Origin: Squalus acanthias | Lineage: Eukaryota | NCBI GenBank assembly: GCA_030390025.1 | Contig: CM059432.1 | Coordinates: 49,974,001 to 50,038,000, forward strand | DNA length: 64,000 bases | Direction: 5' to 3' | In this document: piece after piece, positions 25,364 to 37,020 of the stretch | How the letters are laid out: every line of letters starts with the position of its first letter | How positions within the stretch are numbered: position 1 is the stretch's first letter | Position numbers and translations under genes: made by a program | The notes under the pieces: generated by a model | What the model was told of the DNA's origin: nothing | What the model saw: only the letters and a program-made list of their open reading frames with translations | Database searches by the model: none

Positions 25364-26303
25364 AGTCGATGCTGCGCTGAGCCCAGATCAAGCTTGTTTC
25401 CACCATGGCCGCAGCACTTGTGACCAAGTACTCACCATAACCACCTTTACCGAAAATCACTGCATAAAATAGCAGCACGTATTATTTAGTTCAGTTCCAA
25501 TGTATGCAGTGAAAATAGGATCTATAGGTTTCAAATGTCAATCTAATCCATTTCTTTGTGCATTCATTTTGCAGACAATTCAGATTGAAGTTTGCTTTTT
25601 CATTAACAACAACATAGTACTGACAGCAAAGTGCTTGCTGATGTAATTTGTAACTGCAATAAAAGAGGGCACTTATGTTTCATTTAACATAATAAAATTG
25701 TCAGGAAAAAGAACTCTAATGCTTTTCTCACTGTGACTATTTGCAGAATTTCTTCCATCTGCCGAAGTATGTAACTATAGCAACCTTTTACCATCTGCCA
25801 TCATCCTTCATTTGTACTAGATCAGATGGAGATAAAATTATTTTTTTTAAACTGTAAGAAACTAATAGAATTTACAAAATCTATTCAAGCATATTATTAC
25901 ATTTGACAGTTAACAGCCTTTAAATTATTATGTTACTCTTGCTAAATTATACAGTCTTCCTCACTACCGGAATAATTTTGATAATGTAGTGTGCTTTGTG
26001 AAACCCTGTTGCACTGATCTCTCCAACTATTTTCATTGGGCCCGTAAAGCGGGTAGGAAAGTTCTGAAGCTACTGTCTACTTGAGGGCCCATGAGCAGTT
26101 GTAAACGTGTCATCACCAACAACCTACTGGATGGACATACCATTAAAATTCTATAGGAACTGTTGCTACACATAGCTGGAACAATTTACATCTTTTGTCT
26201 ATTATCTTGAAGAATTACTAAATATAGACTTTAAGTAATATTCACTGGAATGTTTCAACTCCAAAGAGAGCTTGAATATGCTTTATTCAGGTAGCATAAA
26301 TAT

Positions 26304-26905
26304 TGTTAGCGGATTATCTTAGTGATTACCGTCGCAACAAAGGGTTGTTAGTCCGGTGACAATAACTCCACTTATGATTCAAGCATGAGTGTTTTTTATA
26401 ATAACAAGCTTTATTACCGTGACTATTTTGGTCTTTGATTTATATTAAATGACATGCAAACAATATAACCTGGTTCCCAGGCTCTGACCATCTCCAAGAA
26501 TGTGCTCTGATGTCAGAGAACAATACAAGTCCTGGAGTGACCAGCTCCCACCCTCCAGGCCCTCCGTGCAGCCGCATTGCTCCTGACCCTCGAGAACGCC
26601 CCCAAAGTTAAACGGGACCTGGTTCTATTCTTATACTATAATACAACCTTGGCCTGTGCTACGTAATACGTAGATTGCACATTTAGCTGAGGTGTTTACT
26701 CAGCCTTTGCCTCTGTGCTACAAGCTTTGTTTATAGTACAGTAAGTGCTTAGGCCAAATGTTTATCCCATTCCCTAGACCTGTTGTTCCTATGTAGAGAC
26801 AAGATTAAGTTCCCTTTCTCCCACATTTGCTCCACCACTAAAAATGCTAAAAGAAAGGAATGCTGGGATAGATTGATTTTTAAATCATCTTAAAATATTC
26901 TAACA
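26304..26905 (-). mobile_element. Probable solo LTR, 602 bp
   Basis: TGTTAG...CTAACA termini; flanks AATAT / AATGT (4 of 5 match); minus-strand TATA-like (~26630) upstream of AATAAA (~26410). Confidence 0.6.
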
Positions 26906-27724
26906 AATGTTTAACTCAGTGACTTGATATACACACAGCCAGTGACAGTTTGGACTTCATCTCTAAAGGTTGAAAGATTATTAACTTCCATGCAGACAGC
27001 AAGGGAAGGGGGAGGGGTCATGATCACGGAGAGGGGGATGGTGCCTAGAGTGGCAGTGGCCCAGATTACTTTTGTGGGGCCCCGAGAAGCACTCTTGCTC
27101 CTCCTGACCCCACAACAATAATTTAAGACTTACCTATCCAGATCTCTCCAGCTCTATCACTAATAAAACTGGTCAGAAAGTGCATGGCGGATGCTCTAAC
27201 CAGTTCTGTTCTAAAATGGCAATCGGGTCCTATGTATGTCATAAGACACTGATTTGCATATTAAATGAGGCCTACTGCCTGAAACAGGCAGATTTTGGCA
27301 AGTTAAAATTGACCCCAGAGAGTGGAATCTGGGGAGATCAGGGATGCAGATTAGGTGATCGCTTTGCTGAACACCTCCATTCAATCTGAAATCTGACCCT
27401 GCGCTTCCAGTCGCTTGCCACTTTAATTCTCCATCCCACTCCAATTCTAACCTCTCTGGCTTCGGCCTCCTACACTGGTCCAATGAAGCTCAATTTAAAC
27501 TTGAGGAACAGTACCTCATCTTTCTTCAGGTTTTAGGCACTTTACAGCCTTCCGGCCTTAACATTGAGATCTTAACCACCGCTCCCATTTTCTCAGACAT
27601 TCTGTAACCATTGACTCCTCCTCTGGACCCATCTTTTGTTTCTATACTTATCCCATTATCATCTCCTTTTTCTTTGCACCACTATCCCTTTTGCCATTTA
27701 AACACTCCTTTCCGTCACCCTAGC

Positions 27725-28195
27725 TGTCAGCTGCGGCTCAGTTGGTAGCACACTCGCTTCTGGGTCAGAAGGTTGTGGGTTCAAGTGCCCACTCCAGGGA
27801 CTTGAGCACATAAAAAAGCTAGGCTGACACTCCAGTGCAGTGCTGAGGGAGTGCTGCACTGTCGGATGTGCCTTCTTTCAGATGAGATGTTAAACCGAGG
27901 CCCCGTCTGCTCTCTCAGGTGGACATAAAAGATCCCATGGCACTATTTTGAAGAAGAGCAGGAGAGTTACAACTAGCCAATATTTATCCCTCAACCAACA
28001 TCATTAAAAAAAACAGATTATCTGGTCATTATCACATTGCTGTTTGTGGGACCTTGCTGTGCGCAAATTGGCTGCTGCGTTTCCCACATTACAACAGTGA
28101 CTCCACTTCAAAAAGTACTTCATTGGCTGTAAAGCGCTTTGAGACGTCCGGTGGCCGTGAAAGGCGCTATATAAATGCAGGTCTTTCTTTTTTAT
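27725..28195 (+). mobile_element. Full-length Deu-type SINE (SacSINE1-like)
   Basis: A box GGCTCAGTTGG, B-box-like GGTTCAAGTGCC, conserved body, L2-like tail GGCGCTATATAAATGCA. Confidence 0.85.
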
Positions 28196-28336
28196 CATAG
28201 ACCTTTCGTTTTTGTTCTTACTCTGTCCCGTCGCACCCACCACCCTCCACGCTTTTCCATGGTTCTGTGCTTGCTTAAAAACTGTTTATCTCTAACATCT
28301 TCCATTTCTGATGAAAGGTCATCGACCTGAAACGTT

Positions 28337-29089
28337 AGCCCAGAAATTAGGCTCCCTGGCTTCCCGTGGGTGCAGTGATCGCGCGCGCACCTACCTACCG
28401 CGCCTGCCGTTGACCTCTGGGCCCATGGGGACTTCAGCTCCTGGGCCTCCTGCAGCTGCCGGCGCACAGTGCTTGTGTATCCCAGGGGCGTAGTTAGTGC
28501 GATGCGTCCCCTGGGATCACGTGGACCATGGAGAGCCAATGGCAGCAGACCATCTTTCATTCATAGATTTGACAGGAAGACCTGAATTGAAATCGGCCCC
28601 AAAACAACACCTAAACTTCAAATAAATTTTTAAAAACCATCACAGTTTTAAAATAACTATAAGTTAAATAAATTAACTACTTTAAACAAAAATGTAAATT
28701 TTTGACAAAATTAAAATACTTTTTAACAGTGCTAAAAATAAACTTACCTTTCTTTAAAGTATCTAAAAAAGATAAACCTGTTGAAAAAATGTTTAAATTG
28801 TAATTAATTAACCACTTACCTTGTTAAAAACGGGTCTTGCGCCTCCTTTTTAAAAGCGCAACTTCTTCAATACTTACCTTCCCGGAGAAACCTGAAAGAA
28901 AAACTAAGTTCGCTGCGTGCGCGCAGCCTCTACCGCGCACGTGGTTCACCTCTGAACCACTCCCTTCACGAAACCGGAAGTTCCGGTTTCCCGCGCATGC
29001 GCAGTGCATACAGGAAACCGACACTTCAGGAGGCCTTACGGGTGAGTCCACAGCGCGTACTCACCCGGCAAGTGCCTAATTTCTGGCCC
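28337..29089. mobile_element. MITE, Harbinger-like, 753 bp
   Basis: TIRs AGCCCAGAAATTAGG / CCTAATTTCTGGCCC (13 of 15); TSD GTT/ATT; internal CCTGGGATCACGTGG..GAGCCAAT shared with 23745-24458. Confidence 0.85.
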
Positions 29090-29786
29090 ATTAACTGTGC
29101 TTCTTTCTCCACAGATGCTGCCTGACCGGCTGAGGGTTTCCAGCATTTTCTGTTTTTATTTCAGATTTTCAGTATCTGCAGTATTTTGCTTTTGTTTTAG
29201 TAGCTTGTGAGTTGGTAGATGCTAAGATATTTGGATATGAAGTATTTAGATTGTTTAATTGGTAATAGTAATTGATTTGGTTTTTATGAATTATTAATTT
29301 GATTTTTGCCTTGAAAGGACAAATATGGACGCATGTGGCCTCCCCATAGCTGGAGCACTCATTAGAATAATAACTCCCTCTACAAAATAGCCAAGAGATA
29401 TTCAAATAGCATTAATATTGATTTGATCTACATCAGCCAAGAGGCTGCCAGAAATAGTTGGACGTTTTCCATTGTCACCACTGTACCAGACAGCTACAAT
29501 AAGTAAACATAATCTTTGAGGGTCACTTGTTGTGCTGGTGCAAAGCTGTTCATCACACACGTGGTCCCTGTTTTTCCCTCTTTACAGGTATCGTATTTAT
29601 ATACTGTAGTTTATGAAGTTCAATATTTTGAAAGGGAGTTTTTGTGGAGTTATAGTTATCTGTGCAAGAAAGGCATGTATCAAATTTCTATCATATGAGG
29701 GACTGTCTCCACTGGAGGCTCTCTTTGGGAGAAGATTTTCTCTGTACTTTATGTGTAACAAAATTGCAAGCCAGTTTGTCAGGAAT

Positions 29787-30516
29787 GGTGTCACATTTGA
29801 CCCTGAGATGAGCTTCCGACCACATATCCGCGCCATCACTAAGATCACCTATTTCCATCTCTGGAACATCGCTCAACTCTGCCGCTGCCTCAGCTCATCT
29901 ACTGCTGAAAGCCTCATCCATGCCTTTGTTACCTCTAGACCTGACTGTTCCAATGCACTCCTAGCCGGCCTCCCACATTCTACCCTCCTTAAACCTGAGG
30001 TCATCCAAAACCCAGCTGCCTGTGTCCTAACTCGCACCAAGTCCTGTTCACCCATCACCCTTGTTCTCGCTGACCTACATTGGCTCCCGGTTAAGCAGCA
30101 CCTCGATTTTAAAATTCTCATCCTTGTTTTCAAGTTCCTCCATTACCTCGCCCCTCCCTATCTCTGTAATCTCCTCCAGCCCCACAACCCCCCCCGAGAT
30201 ATCTGCGCTCCTCTAATTCTGCCCTCTTGAGCATTCCCAATTTTAATCACTCCACAGTTGGTGGCCGTGCCTTCAGCTGCCTAGGCCCTAAGCTCTGGAA
30301 TTCCCTCCTTAACTGCTCCGCCTCTCTACCTCTCTTTCCTCCTTTAAGACGCTCCTTAAAATCTACTTCGTTGACCAAGCTTTTGGTCATCAGCCCTAAT
30401 ATTTCCTTATGTGGCTCTGTGTCAAATTTTGTTTGATAACGCTCCTGTGAAGCGCCTTGGGACATTTTACTACGTTAGAGGCACTATATAAATACAAGTT
30501 ATTGTTGTTGTTGTTG
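29787..30516 (+). mobile_element. L2 LINE 3' fragment
   Basis: GVTFDPEMSF..LIHAFVTSRPDCSNALLAGLP..LHWLPVKQHLDFKIL; ends GCACTATATAAATACAAG(TTG)n. Confidence 0.92.
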
Positions 30517-31449
30517 AATGAGTTTACATTTTGTTAGACATATTGCATGGAAGAAATCTTCCCTTTATCTCTACTTTTAACAGTTAGGGTCATAATAAAG
30601 TCTTTTGTATTATTTTAATACAATGAGAATAAATAGAACTGTTTCAGTACAAAGCTAGGTATGAGATAAATGCACACAGCATAAAATGACAATGCACTTA
30701 AAACTGTCTTATCCCGGATTGCTTTGATTCAATCAATTAGAATATTGACTATTTGACTGACTAGTTGGGTGATCCAAACAATTCTGATTAATGCCTGAAA
30801 TGCTCCCCTTTACCCTGGAACACAAAACAATAGGGTAGATTTAACAAATTAGTACACCTAGCGCAAAATGGGGGCGCCTTTTGGGAATTCGGCTGTGGAG
30901 ATCAGTGAACCCCACATGCTTTTCTATCCATAGAATGTTAACTTCCATGACTGAATTTCTGATACACCATCACCACCCCACCCCCACCCACCGCTGCAGG
31001 AAGATCTGCATCGGGAGCATCAATTCTATGATTCTATGAATAGCTGAAGTTAGATGTATTTGCTCAGACAAATATATGCATTCTAAAGCATAATTCACAA
31101 ACTTAAAATTCAAGATTTGAAATCTTGGCATATTGGTTGACACTATTGCTATTAAAGAAAATGTAACCTTCACATCATTCCTGTTATTTAATTTGGCGTA
31201 CTATTCTCACTTTCATGCTTTCTGTCAGTCAGCATGTCAAAATGTCAGAAGGGAGCATTTACCTGGAATTCCTACAACACTACCTCTCGGGTCAGACCAG
31301 CAATGACTGGCAGTAGAAAGTCTCTGGGACAACTTTATGTTGATATTTCAAACTAAGGTTTAAATAATGAGAAAATATGTGACCTTTTCTTACATCAAAA
31401 GAGGCACCTAGCGGTACATAGGAAAGTATAGGACTGGAAATAATTCTGC

Positions 31450-32300
31450 AGTCTATCTGGCCAGTCCCAAAAACTAATTATATTTAATTGCCCATTCCCC
31501 CAAATGTATATCCAATTTTCTACTAATTATTTTGACGCTGTCTCTATTGCCTCCCTGAACATTCCATTCACCACCCTCTAAAGTAGTTAAATTGAAACTG
31601 TCTGCACACTTTCCTTCTTGCAACCCAGTAAATTAGTTAGATAAAACCTCCTTCCCATAAATCCATGCTAACTCCCTCTTACAATACCATGCCAATCTCA
31701 GTGTTTCATCATCCCCTCTTTCAGGATGTCTTCCAATACTTTAACTGCAGCAGATGTTGGGTTCACTAGTCTGGACCAACCCTTTGTCTCTTATTAAAAG
31801 ATTGGTGTTATGTTCGACACTTTCTGATCCTTGAGCATAACTCCCTCAAGATTGTGGCAAAGACATGACCTATTTCACGAGCCACTTTGTTAAGTACCCT
31901 TGTCTGAAGTCCATGCATGGTGACTCGTTTTCTTTTAACTGCCTCAGACTATTAGTGACTGCCTGATCTAACTTTTTTCATTTTTTATTACTTCTTCCCC
32001 CGCCCACCCACTCACCCTGAAATTCAACATCCATGCTGGGGAGACTGCTCCAACAAACAGAAAAGAAGAATTCACTTAATGTCCCTTGGCCACTCGCTAT
32101 CATGTTGCCTTTGGGATTTTTCAATGACTTTCATCATTTCCTTTTTCACCTGCTTGCTGCAAATATATTTATAGAAATGCTTGACATTTCTTTTAATATT
32201 ACCTGCTATCCTAACCTCATTTTCTATTTCAGCTCTCCTGACCAGTGTCATAACCTCCTTTACCTTGTTCATCTTTGTCCAATGCACTATCCAGGGCTTT
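31450..32300 (-). mobile_element. Old degraded CR1 fragment
   Basis: ENEVRIAGNIKRNVKHFYKYI; reverse of QHGFMG motif at ~31655-31672. Confidence 0.7.
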
Positions 32301-32379
32301 AATGTTTACTTTGCTGTAGGAGCAATATTTTTGTCCTTATTCCCTGCATTGCATCCATTGTTAGCTACATATGTTTTTA

Positions 32380-32630
32380 TTGTATTCTGTTTTCGCTGCT
32401 CACAATGTGGTTTCTTCTACACTAGGGAAACCCAATGCAGATTAAGTGACCACTTCAGTGAACATCTCCATTCTGTCCAGAAGTGTGACCCTGATCTGCC
32501 TGTGGCTCGCAACTTTAACTTCCCTTCCAATTTCCACTCTGACCTCTCCATCTTTGGTCTCCTACAGTGTTCCAATGAAGCTCAATGCAAGTTCAAGAAC
32601 AACAACATTGACTTCAATAATTTTTGAATG
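32380..32630 (+). mobile_element. Penelope GIY-YIG fragment
   Basis: CFRCSQCGFFYTRETQCRLSDHFSEHLHS..PVARNFN. Confidence 0.85.
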
Positions 32631-32946
32631 TTAGCTCCACCCTGCATTCACAACAGTAAGTGCTTGTGATGTGGGGAGCATCTGTCAGTGTCTGGTTGAG
32701 GGAAAAGTGAGTTCACTATTTGGTCTAAAGCATTTCATCATAGCACAGGTTCTTGTTTCACGATTGTAGATCTAGCACATTTTGCTTTCATTTTTAATTT
32801 AATTTCTGCTGCATCTGCAACTTTAATATATTTTTTTCTTTCTTTAACATTTCTTTATTTCTCAAACTTTTGTTGTACACGGACCCATCCTGTGACCTTT
32901 TACCCACTACATGGACTCTTCCTGTGTCCTTTCACCCATACCCCAC

Positions 32947-33491
32947 TGTTGGTGAAAAATTAATTCACTCGAGTCTGTCTTAAAGCAAAAGATCACAGTT
33001 TATTATTCAGAGCGCTCTGGGAGAATGGTCACAGCCTGCGGTCTCATGACCCACTTCTCAATTTAACAATGGCAGCCACGCTTCTTTATACACCTCAAGA
33101 AGCCAGAAAATACAAACCTCAGCACAGTCATTACATCATAAGCGACTCTTATGGTCTCTAAAAACAACTTGTTTAGAATCTTACAATGTTAGCGAAACTC
33201 ATCTTTTACTTCTGCTTTTGGTCAGCCATCTGCGCTGCAAGGTTCCATTCTTAGCCTTTTCAAGGCTAGTTTATTATAAAAAACAATGATTCACATTTTT
33301 GTTCTGCAGTGTCTGCATTATCTATACTGCAGCCGAAGCAAGTTGGTCTTTTATCTAATTATACCCCTGTCTCCATGCCTTCGGGAGATACTTTGACCTT
33401 TACTATAGTCCTTTAAGCAGTTCAACTAATCTTAAACATTACAACTGATTTGCCCTTACATTATTACAATTTTTTTTTTTTTACTCTTACA
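32947..33491 (-). repeat. 3' LTR (545 bp)
   Basis: Direct repeat of 43033-43576 with about a dozen differences by eye; minus strand TGTAAG..CACCAACA, TATAAA at ~33085-33090, AATAAA at ~32999-33004. Confidence 0.97.
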
Positions 33492-33503
33492 GTCCCTCCT
33501 ATT
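33492..33503 (-). promoter_or_regulatory. Polypurine tract
   Basis: Minus strand AATAGGAGGGAC directly abuts the 3' LTR. Confidence 0.8.
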
Positions 33504-34008
33504 GGTCCCTGGCCAAAGCTTGATTTGTGCTGGGGACCATCATACCATGGTTATAACGGCGGCACACAGTTTCTTATTCTCTGTTGATGAGATCTTTTGA
33601 CGATGTTATTGTTGTTTCACAGTCCAATGTAAATGAGAACGCGCTCGGGAGAACGAGAGAGAAAGACACCCCGGAAGAGGTTGAGCTGCACAGTCCAGTC
33701 ACATCATGACTGTTGAGCTATTCGTACCATTTAGGTTAGGTTCTTCCTCTCCTCTTTCGTTTTTTTTATCCTCCGTCCTCTGCCTGACGTGTCATGAACA
33801 TGGCCTTTTCTTTGAAATATCGATGATCCATTTCTTCCGTGTGTAGACGTATTCCTTGTAGCTTAAAGTTGTTCCCTTCTTCATCTGTTTGTCTGTTTCT
33901 TCTTGTGTCATATGCCGCAACCAATGGTTTGTCCCTATTCTACTCGATCTCTAAAGTTTTACACATGCATTAATACAAACGTTACCCGCGCATAAGCATT
34001 TTCCTTTC

Positions 34009-34510
34009 TTAGATAAACAGAGATCTATCTTTTATGTTACGATACACCTGCCCCACTGGTGCGGCTGGAACGATATCTTTTGCCATTTGGGCGCAGCAAC
34101 ATTTCAACAATAAAACCAGACCATACATCACTAATATTATAACAAAGAACAAAATCAATCCTTGTACTACTGATGTCCCGAGTGATCCCAACCATCCAGT
34201 TGTCCAGCCCCAAAGGGTGGATGCCGGAGGTTGTTTTAATTTTTTACTTCTTCCTGTATGTGTTCTGCCAAGTTAGTTATTTCTTCTGAGCTGTCTGGTA
34301 TGTAGGTACAACATTCTGTACCTATTAGGGCACAGGTTCCCCCTTTTTCTGCAAACACATAGTCAAGGGCCATGTTAATGGATTCCCTTGCCAATTTACC
34401 CGTAACTCTCTTTTGGCCCGTGGGGGCACTCTAACCTGAGTCCTCCCGAGGCTACATATTATGTTTACACAAACAAGCAAACTACACATGATATCGCGTA
34501 ACACGTTCAT
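34009..34510 (-). pseudogene. env: Collapsed env remnant
   Basis: Signal-peptide-like MNVLRDIMCSLLVCVNIICSLG plus furin-like RAKR; then WGWTTGWLG, a hydrophobic TM (LILFFVIILVMYGLVLLL) and KCCC tail; located between integrase and PPT. Confidence 0.7.
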
Positions 34511-34819
34511 CTTATCACTTTATGTTAACAATGTCCCAAAGGCTATATCGCCAACCTAACCACTTTGTTGCTTGTAAATTCTATTTTCCTGTGGGGGTGA
34601 ATGGAATATTGTTATTAAGCTGGTTCCTCGATCATAATCATTTGGATTCCCTCCTCCTGCTCGACCGGTTGGAGGTGATGGGATTGCTCCCATACACGCT
34701 TCAGGAATGCATATTGTCCATACCAATGTTCGCACCAGCACCCACTCCCATTCTTTGTATTGTCTAATGTATTCTTCACTTTCTACAAAAGGTACTTGTT
34801 CTGGTGTAGCCATTCTTAA

Positions 34820-36315
34820 ATTGGTGAAGGGTCATAGGCTTTCAGCTGTGTCCAGTGCTTCCATCGTCCCATGCCCTTTATATTAATGCAAGCACACGTA
34901 TCCCCACTAATTAAAATCTGATATGGTCCCGACCATTTTTGGGGCGAACCCGGGTTTTCCTGGTCGATTCTTAACCATTACCTTGGTCCCCGCTGGAGCG
35001 ATATATGGAAATGCGGTCAATTCCAAATCTTTATCTCTTTCTTCCTGTCTTTCCCTAGTTTGCTGTTTCATTTCTTTTAATTGGTTACTCATTTCCAGGA
35101 CATATCTGCGGAGTTTATCCTTTAGGGGACCCACATCTTCTCCTCCAGTCATTATACCATGGGGGAGCTGCATTGCCCTCCCCGTCATTAGCTCATATGG
35201 TGATAGGCCCGTGGTTCGATTTGGGGTGGCTCTTAGTTTCATTAATACTATGGGTAGCACATCCACCCACCGTTGCTGTTTTTCCCCCAATGCTTTGGCT
35301 ACCACTGTTTTTAAGGTGCGATTCATTCTTTCTACCATTCCAGAACTTTGAGGATGGTATGAGATGTGGAATTTCTGTTTTATTGACCCCCTTCCTGTAT
35401 GTGCGCTTCCATGATGTAGTTCTAAAAGTATCTGTCTGATGCACGCGGGGGCTATCACCTTTCCATTCTTTTGCCATATTGCCTCTTCATCTGGTCTACC
35501 CCCTACTCGGTACCATTCCTGTCTTTCGTCTTCTGGGGCGTCTGCATGCAATTTACTGATATCTATTTCCTCTACCTGTGCACTAGCTACGTTCCCTTCA
35601 ACCATTTCTTGTTCAAGAGCTCGCTGTGCTGCTAGATCAGCGGCCTGGTTCCCTTTTTGCTCCTGATTCTGTATCTTCTGGTGCGCTTTGATTTTTATTA
35701 CTGCAGCTTGTGCTGGGGCTTTTGTGGCTTCCAAGAGGGCCTCTATTCGCTGCTGGTGTTTTATGTGATCCCCTCCGGTTGTCACAAACCCCCTTCTCCC
35801 CCAAGCTGTCATATAATCGTGTACCACTCCGAATGCATATCTACTATCTGTGTAGATGTTTACTGTCTTTCCCCTTGCTAATTCTAGCGCCTTTGTTAAC
35901 GCTACTATCTCGGCTACTTGTGCCGACAAGCCTCCGTCTCACCTTCCCGACATTTCTGTTTCCAACTGATCATTTACTACTGCCCATCCTGTCCGGGGAG
36001 ATCCCTCTACATATTTCCTTGACCCGTCTACGTACAGTGTCATCTGAGCTTCCTCCAGCGGTTCGTCCTGCACGAGGGTTTCGTCTAGTCCCCCTCCATC
36101 TCTGAGCACTGATGGGGGCTTCCCTCACTCAGGATGCCTTCCGCGGTGTTTTCCCCTGTATCCCGAATTACCTTAACTGTCTGGTCTATCGGCAGTAGGA
36201 CTGCTTCCCATCGAGCTCGCCGCATATTGGAAAATGACCGTAGTTTCCCAGTATTTAACATCTCTACCAGTGTATGCCGAGTGTGTAAGATGATATCCCC
36301 TGTCATCACAGTTGG
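34820..36315 (-). pseudogene. pol: pol C-terminal remnant (copy 2): tether, RNase H, deleted integrase
   Basis: RRARWEAVLL tether; YVDGS, SAQVAE, IYTDSRYAFG, KIKAH, GNQAAD; HHGSAHTG fused to YHPQSSGMVERMNRTLK (CC and first two acidic residues missing); WSGPY after a frameshift. Confidence 0.92.
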
Positions 36316-37020
36316 TTTGCTACTCTAACTCTGCATCTCTGTCCTACATTATTCTTAGCGCATATTATACAATGGAGACAATACTTCGCCACCTCTCGAC
36401 CCATCTTTGGCCACCACCAGTACTGTGTCAGTAGGTGCAACATGTTACTTCTGCCGGTATGTGTTACACCATGGTACAGCCCCATCAGTTGTTGTCTACA
36501 ACATTCCGGTGTCACCACCTGGTTTCGTGGGCCCCATCTCCAAATTCTATCTCGTAACTGTGCGCCAGCTTGTTTCCATCTCTCCTTTTCCTCTTTACTA
36601 GTATTTTCTTGTACCTCCACTATATTCTCTTCCTGTACCCCACTGGCTGTCATGACCATATTTATCTCGTGTTTAAACGCGGCTTCTGGTTTAAGTTCCT
36701 CCGCGGCTAGTTTTGCGGCCAAATCTGCATACCGATTTTCTATAGGAGCCTGATCCTGGGGCTCCTATGAGTCCATGTCTATCTTCATGTGGGCCTTTAT
36801 TTTAATTACCGCGGTTTCTAAAGGTGCCTGTGTCGCCTTAACTAACCTTTCTATTAGCTTTCCATGTTTTACTACCTTTCCAGTGGAGGTCATATAACTC
36901 CTTCTGTTAATATTCCAGTATGTTTTTGTATTAATACTGATCCATCTCTTGGTCAGAGGATTGTTTCCCACTTTGCTTTCTGGCTATCTGATATAGTTCT
37001 GTTTAAGAGCCCAAGGGGTT
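36316..37020 (-). pseudogene. pol: pol C-terminal remnant (copy 1): diverged tether, RNase H half, integrase HHCC
   Basis: SDSQKAKWETIL*PRDGSV; RRSYMTSTGKVVKHGKLIERL..AVIKIKAH..NRYADLAAK; YHGVTHTG..YWWWPKM..CLHCIICAKNN. Confidence 0.85.

Larger units (their letters stand above)
23480..25457. mobile_element. Vingi/Ingi-like LINE relic with internal inversion
   Basis: Plus strand RKANWTLF, SIPRGF, PITLLSVCYKMLQRMILQ..SPDQA..GRSTCDQVL; minus strand NLKTGTVFLD..AYDTVWHTG at 23580-23670. Clade assignment is from motif recall. Confidence 0.7.
27330..29195 (+). mobile_element. Penelope 3' fragment (GIY-YIG end + pseudo-LTR) hosting a SINE and a MITE
   Basis: CRLGDRFAEHLHS at 27345-27385; hammerhead core 28308-28336; terminal repeat resumes at 29090. 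Confidence 0.85.
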
